Positions 48,890-54,159 of a DNA stretch of 54,159 nucleotides are shown one piece after another. Each line of letters begins with the position of its first letter. The first letter of the stretch is position 1. Source of the stretch: an uncultured Lachnospiraceae bacterium (lineage in GTDB: Bacteria; Bacillota; Clostridia; Lachnospirales; Lachnospiraceae); assembly GCA_902765365.1 (NCBI GenBank), contig CACWZK010000001.1, positions 1 to 54,159 of the forward strand. The letters are read 5' to 3'. A model generated the notes under the pieces. It had not been told where the DNA came from. It made no database searches and worked only from the letters and a program-made list of their open reading frames with translations. Made by a program: the position numbers and the translations under genes.

Positions 48890-49729
48890 ATGCAGTATGT
48901 TTTATACAACGAATTGTCCAACAACGGAAAGGGAAAAGAAATCCTTGAGGTTGTAAAGGGTAAAGTAAACGGTGAATACGAAACCGTAAATGTAGTCGGT
49001 CTCGACCCCAAAGAATTCGTGCAAAAACTTACGGCTGACGATTTGATCATACTTTGCGGAGGAGACGGCACACTCAACAAATTTGCCAACTACACCGCGG
49101 ATTTGGAGATTCCCTGCGACGTACTTCTTTTCCCCGCAGGAACAGGCAACGATTTTTACAGAGACATCAAAGAGAATTACGACGATTCCGAGATGCCTTC
49201 AATCAAGAAGTACTTAAAAGACCTTCCAGTCGTAACCATTAACGGCAACGAATACAGGTTTATAAACGGTATCGGATTCGGCGTTGACGGTGTATGCTGT
49301 GAAATGGCAGACGATATGAAAGCCGCAGGCAAGAAGGATATCAACTACACATCGCTTTCGATTAAAATCGTGCTTTTCAAATTCAAATGCCCTCATGCAT
49401 GGATTCCCGTGGACGGCAAAACCGTTGAATACAAAAAAGCCTGGATTGCTTCCGCCATGAACGGCAGATACTACGGCGGCGGAATGAAAGCCGCACCCGA
49501 TCAGGACAGACTTTCCGATACACTGACATGCATGGTATTTAAGGATAAAGGCAGAATCGGAACCCTCATGGGATTTCCCGCCATCTTTAAGGGCGAGCAT
49601 GTAAACAACAAAAAGCTTGTTGCAATCAGCACGGGCAAAGAAATCACGGTTAAGTTTGACAGACCCACTGCGCTTCAGATTGACGGCGAAACCGTAAGAG
49701 GCGTTACAGAGTACACAGCCAGAAAGTAA
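48890..49729 (+). CDS. Diacylglycerol/lipid kinase family protein
   Basis: GGDGT, PAGTGNDF, GIGFGVDG, NGRYYGGG, QIDGE. Confidence 0.9.
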   Translation: MQYVLYNELSNNGKGKEILEVVKGKVNGEYETVNVVGLDPKEFVQKLTADDLIILCGGDGTLNKFANYTADLEIPCDVLLFPAGTGNDFYRDIKENYDDSEMPSIKKYLKDLPVVTINGNEYRFINGIGFGVDGVCCEMADDMKAAGKKDINYTSLSIKIVLFKFKCPHAWIPVDGKTVEYKKAWIASAMNGRYYGGGMKAAPDQDRLSDTLTCMVFKDKGRIGTLMGFPAIFKGEHVNNKKLVAISTGKEITVKFDRPTALQIDGETVRGVTEYTARK

Positions 49730-49734
49730 ATGAC

Positions 49735-49765
49735 GGTGCCTGACTCCCGAAGGGTGTCTGGCACC
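49735..49765. repeat. Short REP-like palindrome
   Basis: GGTGCCTGACTCCC-GAA-GGGTGTCTGGCACC; two T-T mismatches, no T-tract. Confidence 0.5.
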
Positions 49766-49793
49766 AAACTAAAACAGAAATCAGGATTTAAAG

Positions 49794-51149
49794 ATGAGAA
49801 TCATTATAGTCGGCTGCGGCAAAATCGGTTTATCGATCATCAAGCAGCTTGTTATAGAAAAACATGACATTACGGTAATTGACAAAAATGCGGAAGTTAT
49901 CAACGACATCACCAACAATTACGACGTAATGGGCTTAGTCGGAAACGGTGCTTCCTACTCGGTTCAAAAAGAAGCGGGCGTGGACAGAACCAACCTTTTA
50001 ATAGCGGTAACGGGTTCCGACGAAATCAACCTTCTTTGCTGTCTTTTCGCCAAGAAAGCCGGTAACTGTAATACCATCGCGAGAGTCCGCGATCCTTTGT
50101 ACAGCAAGGAAATTCAGTACATAAAAGACGAACTCGGACTTTCGATGATTATCAATCCCGAGTATGCGGCAGCAGTCGAAATTTCGAGACTTTTAAGATT
50201 CCCTTCCGCAGATAAAATCGATACATTTGCCAAGGGCAGAGTAGAACTTTTAAACCTCGTCATTACCGAGGATTCGCCTTTTGTCAACAAAACACTTATC
50301 GACGTCGCAAAGAGAGTTCTTTCCGACATCCTTATCTGTACGGTTGAGCGAGGCGACGATATCTTTATCCCCAACGGTGCTTTTATACTCCGTGCAAACG
50401 ATAAAATCACCATCGTTGCATCGGCAGTCAATTCGAGAGAATTCTTCACCAAAATCGGATATGACACACATCAGGTAAAAGACACCATGATTATCGGCGG
50501 CGGTACGATGACATATTATCTCGCCGAACTTCTTTTAAAGATGGGCATCAAGGTAAAAATCGTCGAGGTAAACAGAGACAAATGCGAGACCTTAAGCGAG
50601 AACCTTCCGAGAGCCACCATCATAAACGGTGATGCGACCAACCAGGAAATCCTTATAGAGGAAGGCATCAACGGCTGCGATTCGTTTGTTTCCTTAACGG
50701 GTATCGACGAAACAAATATTATCCTTTCGCTTTTTGCAAAAACCCGTACTTCGGGCAAAATCGTAACCAAAATCGACAGAATTTCTTTCGATGACATCAT
50801 AAATACATTCAACGTGGGAAGTCTGATTTATCCCGATAAGATTGCTGCGGACTACATAGTATCCTATGTCAGGGCAATGCAGAACTCCATCGGAAGCAAC
50901 GTGGAGACTCTTATCAAGTTAAACGGAGGCAGAGTCGAGGCACTCGAGTTTAAAATCCTAAAAGGCTCGCCCGTCATCGGAATTCCCCTTATGCAGTTGA
51001 ATTTAAAGAGAGATATCCTTATCGGCTGTATCAACCGCAGGGGAACGATTATCATTCCTAAAGGCCAGAATACCATCGAAGAGGGCGACACGGTTATCGT
51101 TGTTACCACCAAGAGCGGCCTAAGCGATATCAAAGACATTCTCGAATAA
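49794..51149 (+). CDS. trkA: Trk potassium uptake regulatory subunit
   Basis: Two RCK modules (GCGKIG; IIGGG), TIARVR. Confidence 0.95.
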   Translation: MRIIIVGCGKIGLSIIKQLVIEKHDITVIDKNAEVINDITNNYDVMGLVGNGASYSVQKEAGVDRTNLLIAVTGSDEINLLCCLFAKKAGNCNTIARVRDPLYSKEIQYIKDELGLSMIINPEYAAAVEISRLLRFPSADKIDTFAKGRVELLNLVITEDSPFVNKTLIDVAKRVLSDILICTVERGDDIFIPNGAFILRANDKITIVASAVNSREFFTKIGYDTHQVKDTMIIGGGTMTYYLAELLLKMGIKVKIVEVNRDKCETLSENLPRATIINGDATNQEILIEEGINGCDSFVSLTGIDETNIILSLFAKTRTSGKIVTKIDRISFDDIINTFNVGSLIYPDKIAADYIVSYVRAMQNSIGSNVETLIKLNGGRVEALEFKILKGSPVIGIPLMQLNLKRDILIGCINRRGTIIIPKGQNTIEEGDTVIVVTTKSGLSDIKDILE

Positions 51150-51185
51150 TAGGGAGAGTCCGGATGTTAGTCCGGAAGCAGAGTT

Positions 51186-52625
51186 ATGAATATATCTATA
51201 ATCCTGTATACGCTCGGAAGAGTATTGGCCATTGAATCGGCATTTATGGTTCTTCCGGGAATAGTGGCGATTATCTACCGGGAAAATAACTGGTGGACTT
51301 ATTTTGTTGTCGCTTTAATCGGTATGCTCGCAGGACTTCTCATCTCCTTAAAAAAACCTAAAAACACTCAGTTTTTCGCCAAAGAAGGCTTTGCAAGCGT
51401 AGGTCTTGCATGGTTTTTAATTAGTCTTACGGGAGCACTTCCTCCTTTTATTTCCAGAGAAATTCCCAATTACATAGATGCTGTTTTTGAAATGAGTTCG
51501 GGCTTTACCACTACCGGAGCCACAATACTGACCGATGTGGAAGCAATGAGCCACGCGACTCTTTTCTGGAGAAGCTTTTCCCACTGGATCGGCGGGATGG
51601 GAATCTTTGTATTTCTTTTAGCCGTAATGCCCATGGTCGGCGGCGTAAACATGCACCTTCTTCGTGCGGAAAGCCCGGGACCTGTAGTAGGCAAGCTCGT
51701 TCCGAAGATGAAGGATTCCTCGCAGATTCTTTATTTTATTTACATCCTGCTTACTCTCGTTCAGATAATATCCCTCTGGATCATGGGAATGAGTTTCTTT
51801 GAAGCCGTATGTACTTCGTTTGCAACGGCCGGCACCGGCGGATTCGGTGTTTACAATTCGAGCATTGCCAATTTCAGCACACTTATCAAGTGGGACGTAA
51901 CAATATTCATGATTCTCTACGGAATCAACTTTAACGTATATTTCCTTATCCTGGCTCGTAAATTCAAGAACATCTTTAAGATTGAGGAAGTCAGAACATA
52001 CTTAATAGTGATTGTCGTATCGGTGGCAGTCATTACCTTAAACATTTTTAAAACCTACGATACGTTTGGAGGCGCCCTTACGGATGCGGCTTTCCAGGTA
52101 GCTTCGATTATCACCACGACCGGTTTTGCAACCTGCGATTTTAACCTCTGGCCGGCACTTTCCAAAACGATACTTGTTCTGCTTATGATAACAGGTGCCT
52201 GCGCCGGTTCAACGGGCGGCGGACTTAAGTTTTCGAGAGTCCTAATCTTAATTAAAGCCGTCAGACAGGAAATCAATTCGTTCATTCATCCAAGAAGTGT
52301 AAAGGCGGTCGGTATGGATGACAGAACGGTGGATAAAACGGTAGTTAAGAGCGTCTGCGTATATGCGGTTCTTTTCGCACTTATATATTTCGGATCCGTA
52401 TTTATCGTGTCTATCGACAAATACGATATGGTCACCAATTTCACCGCCGTACTTGCGACGATGAACAATGTCGGCCCCGGATTCGAAGTGGTAGGCGCCA
52501 CGGGCAATTATGCGGGATTTAATTATCTTTCGAAGATAGTATTCATTTTTGATATGCTTGCGGGAAGACTCGAGCTTTATCCGATTCTTCTTCTCTTTGT
52601 TCCTATGATGTGGAAAAAGCATTAG
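51186..52625 (+). CDS. trkH: Trk potassium uptake membrane subunit
   Basis: SGFTTTGAT, TAGTGGF, TTTGF, GSTGGGLK, NNVGPG pore loops. Confidence 0.95.
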   Translation: MNISIILYTLGRVLAIESAFMVLPGIVAIIYRENNWWTYFVVALIGMLAGLLISLKKPKNTQFFAKEGFASVGLAWFLISLTGALPPFISREIPNYIDAVFEMSSGFTTTGATILTDVEAMSHATLFWRSFSHWIGGMGIFVFLLAVMPMVGGVNMHLLRAESPGPVVGKLVPKMKDSSQILYFIYILLTLVQIISLWIMGMSFFEAVCTSFATAGTGGFGVYNSSIANFSTLIKWDVTIFMILYGINFNVYFLILARKFKNIFKIEEVRTYLIVIVVSVAVITLNIFKTYDTFGGALTDAAFQVASIITTTGFATCDFNLWPALSKTILVLLMITGACAGSTGGGLKFSRVLILIKAVRQEINSFIHPRSVKAVGMDDRTVDKTVVKSVCVYAVLFALIYFGSVFIVSIDKYDMVTNFTAVLATMNNVGPGFEVVGATGNYAGFNYLSKIVFIFDMLAGRLELYPILLLFVPMMWKKH

Positions 52626-52634
52626 TTTTAAATT

Positions 52635-52958
52635 TTGGCAAAAAGCTGTATGGGTAAGTTATTTGATTTAATCAACAAAGACACAAAACACAAAAACGAA
52701 AGCAAGCGCATGACTGTAATCATCAGACAGCTGATTATTACTTTTATGGGGCTTTCCGTTTTTCATCTTATAATCGACGCATTCTTCGTAAAATCATTTA
52801 AAGGCGTGATTTTATGGATGGTAATGCTCGCTATGGATGCGCTGACGATGTACGTCTCCTATCAGGCATCAAAGTCCGTTATCCTTGCTTTGTTTACACT
52901 TCAGAAAGTGCTCTGGATAATGGTGGCGGTGCTATTGTTTGGCTGGGAAGGCGGATTC
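52635..52958 (+). pseudogene. 5' fragment of a membrane protein, cut off at a sequence junction
   Basis: About 3 TM helices ending LFGWEGGF; the rest of the track ORF (to 53204) is antisense to an unrelated gene. Confidence 0.55.
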
Positions 52959-54158
52959 CTTCTGGTCGTCGCCCAGGTGCAGCTTGAATCGGATAGCCTT
53001 CGTTTTGGCAATTTCCTCGAAGTCCTCGGTATGAATCGGCACGGTTACTACGTTCGTCACAGGCTCAATCTCCGTCAGGCTCTTCATGTCGGCACTAACG
53101 ATCTTGATATCCTTCAGTACATCAAAGTCCAGTTTGTTTTTCTCTCCGTCCAGGAATTCGGCGTCCATCACCAGATTGACGGGTATCTCGTTGTAGATAC
53201 TTAAGTACAGTGTCAACTCGGCGCTGTCAATCTTTGTAACAATACCGTTGGTCATTGCTGCCAGCGAATCAAGCTGAGCGCGCTCCAGATTGATGTCTTT
53301 GATTGTATCTGCGTACGTGGCGTTTAAGCCTTTCTTGAACTCAAACGGCATCTTGAACGCAAAGTCCAACTCGAACTTGGTGTCTTTGGTCAGACGGAAC
53401 TGCTTGATGTTCTTGGCATATACATCCGCCTCGTTGATTAGCAACTCGTAGTCGTATGCCAGAGCCTGCACTTCTTTCTCAAAGAACTTGTCGATCGAAC
53501 CGCCGTCGATAGGATCTTTGTCCAGTCGAATTGTACTCTGTACGCTCGCATCGTAGGGCGCATCCATCGGTACGATGTTACGCAGTACTTTTGTTGTCGA
53601 TGTGTTGCCGTCCCATACGGCCGGTGTCTCCTCGCCGTTGGGGTGAATAGCTTTCAGCGAACGGAAATATACCTGCAACGGCATTGACATACCGTAGGTG
53701 AATGTCAGATCTATCTGCGGATCCTTGGCTGGCAGGCAGAAAGGCTCGTCACCGGGAATCTTCAGCGGTACATCCACCGAGCTGTCGTCGCTTGTCTCCT
53801 TACCGGGCTTGAAGTAGCCGTACAGTGCCTTGTAGTCCAACATCTCAACCTGGAACTGGAACTTGAATCCCGAGTTGGCGGCTACCGTCACATTCTCGCC
53901 GGTCTTCAGCAATACGTCGAATCGGATATCTGCCTTGTTCACCACATTGGTCTTTGCCGGTTCGGCACTCTCGTCTTTCATCATTACCAGTGTGAAATCG
54001 TCTATCTCGATGGGCACATCTTGGTCCAGATGGAAGTCCGGAAGCTCGATGCTCTTGCCTTTGGCGCGGCGGAACTGGTCGCCCAGCACCATGGTCACCT
54101 TCTGTATATCGTTGTCGGTGACGGTCAGGTTGCTTGAACTGATTTTCGTGGTGAAGCG
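52932..54158 (-). CDS. Fragment of a beta-rich hypothetical protein of foreign composition (Bacteroidales-like by impression)
   Basis: Frame is open to the window end; visibly more G/C-ending codons; its stop falls inside the junction. Confidence 0.65.
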   Translation of the reverse strand, partial: RFTTKISSSNLTVTDNDIQKVTMVLGDQFRRAKGKSIELPDFHLDQDVPIEIDDFTLVMMKDESAEPAKTNVVNKADIRFDVLLKTGENVTVAANSGFKFQFQVEMLDYKALYGYFKPGKETSDDSSVDVPLKIPGDEPFCLPAKDPQIDLTFTYGMSMPLQVYFRSLKAIHPNGEETPAVWDGNTSTTKVLRNIVPMDAPYDASVQSTIRLDKDPIDGGSIDKFFEKEVQALAYDYELLINEADVYAKNIKQFRLTKDTKFELDFAFKMPFEFKKGLNATYADTIKDINLERAQLDSLAAMTNGIVTKIDSAELTLYLSIYNEIPVNLVMDAEFLDGEKNKLDFDVLKDIKIVSADMKSLTEIEPVTNVVTVPIHTEDFEEIAKTKAIRFKLHLGDDQKESAFPAKQ

Positions 54159-54159
54159 T

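Noticed and set aside
52959-53204. Genuine overlapping antisense coding by the 52635 ORF
   Set aside because: This part is the antisense read of the foreign gene past the junction and has no protein-like features.
1-54159. CRISPR array, prophage, IS transposase or rRNA; also the many short antisense ORFs in the track
   Set aside because: No regularly spaced repeats, phage or transposase motifs, or rRNA sequence seen. The antisense ORFs are shadows of well-supported genes.

Overview
Chromosomal housekeeping region of a Clostridia bacterium, most likely Lachnospiraceae (inferred from the extended bL17, uL3 and uL22 sequences and the gene order). The core is the S10-spc-alpha ribosomal protein supercluster (rpsJ to rplQ, about 20.6-36.7 kb, including an rpmJ missed by the ORF track). 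Left flank: murG, a vapBC toxin-antitoxin pair, pgi, a GGDEF/EAL protein, birA/bioY with a BirA operator, a GH5, dnaX-ybaB-recR, galM and uncharacterised envelope genes. Right flank: pilT-traX, ecfA1A2T-truA, an orphan flgM, an ABC exporter pair, ybeY, a lipid kinase and trkAH. I saw no tRNA, rRNA, CRISPR array, transposase or phage gene. The signals most worth checking are: (1) an in-frame A_AAA_AAG shift site followed by a -1 stop in dnaX, nearly identical to the E. coli tau/gamma site; (2) an S13 lacking its basic C-terminal tail, with unusual substitutions in S3/S4/S5/S10; (3) candidate structured RNA leaders inside the ribosomal cluster, notably before rplQ and rpsM; (4) several GC-rich palindromic or structured intergenic elements; (5) an abrupt join near 52,950 to foreign-looking DNA, probably a chimeric assembly. 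All family calls are by motif recognition; no searches were run.
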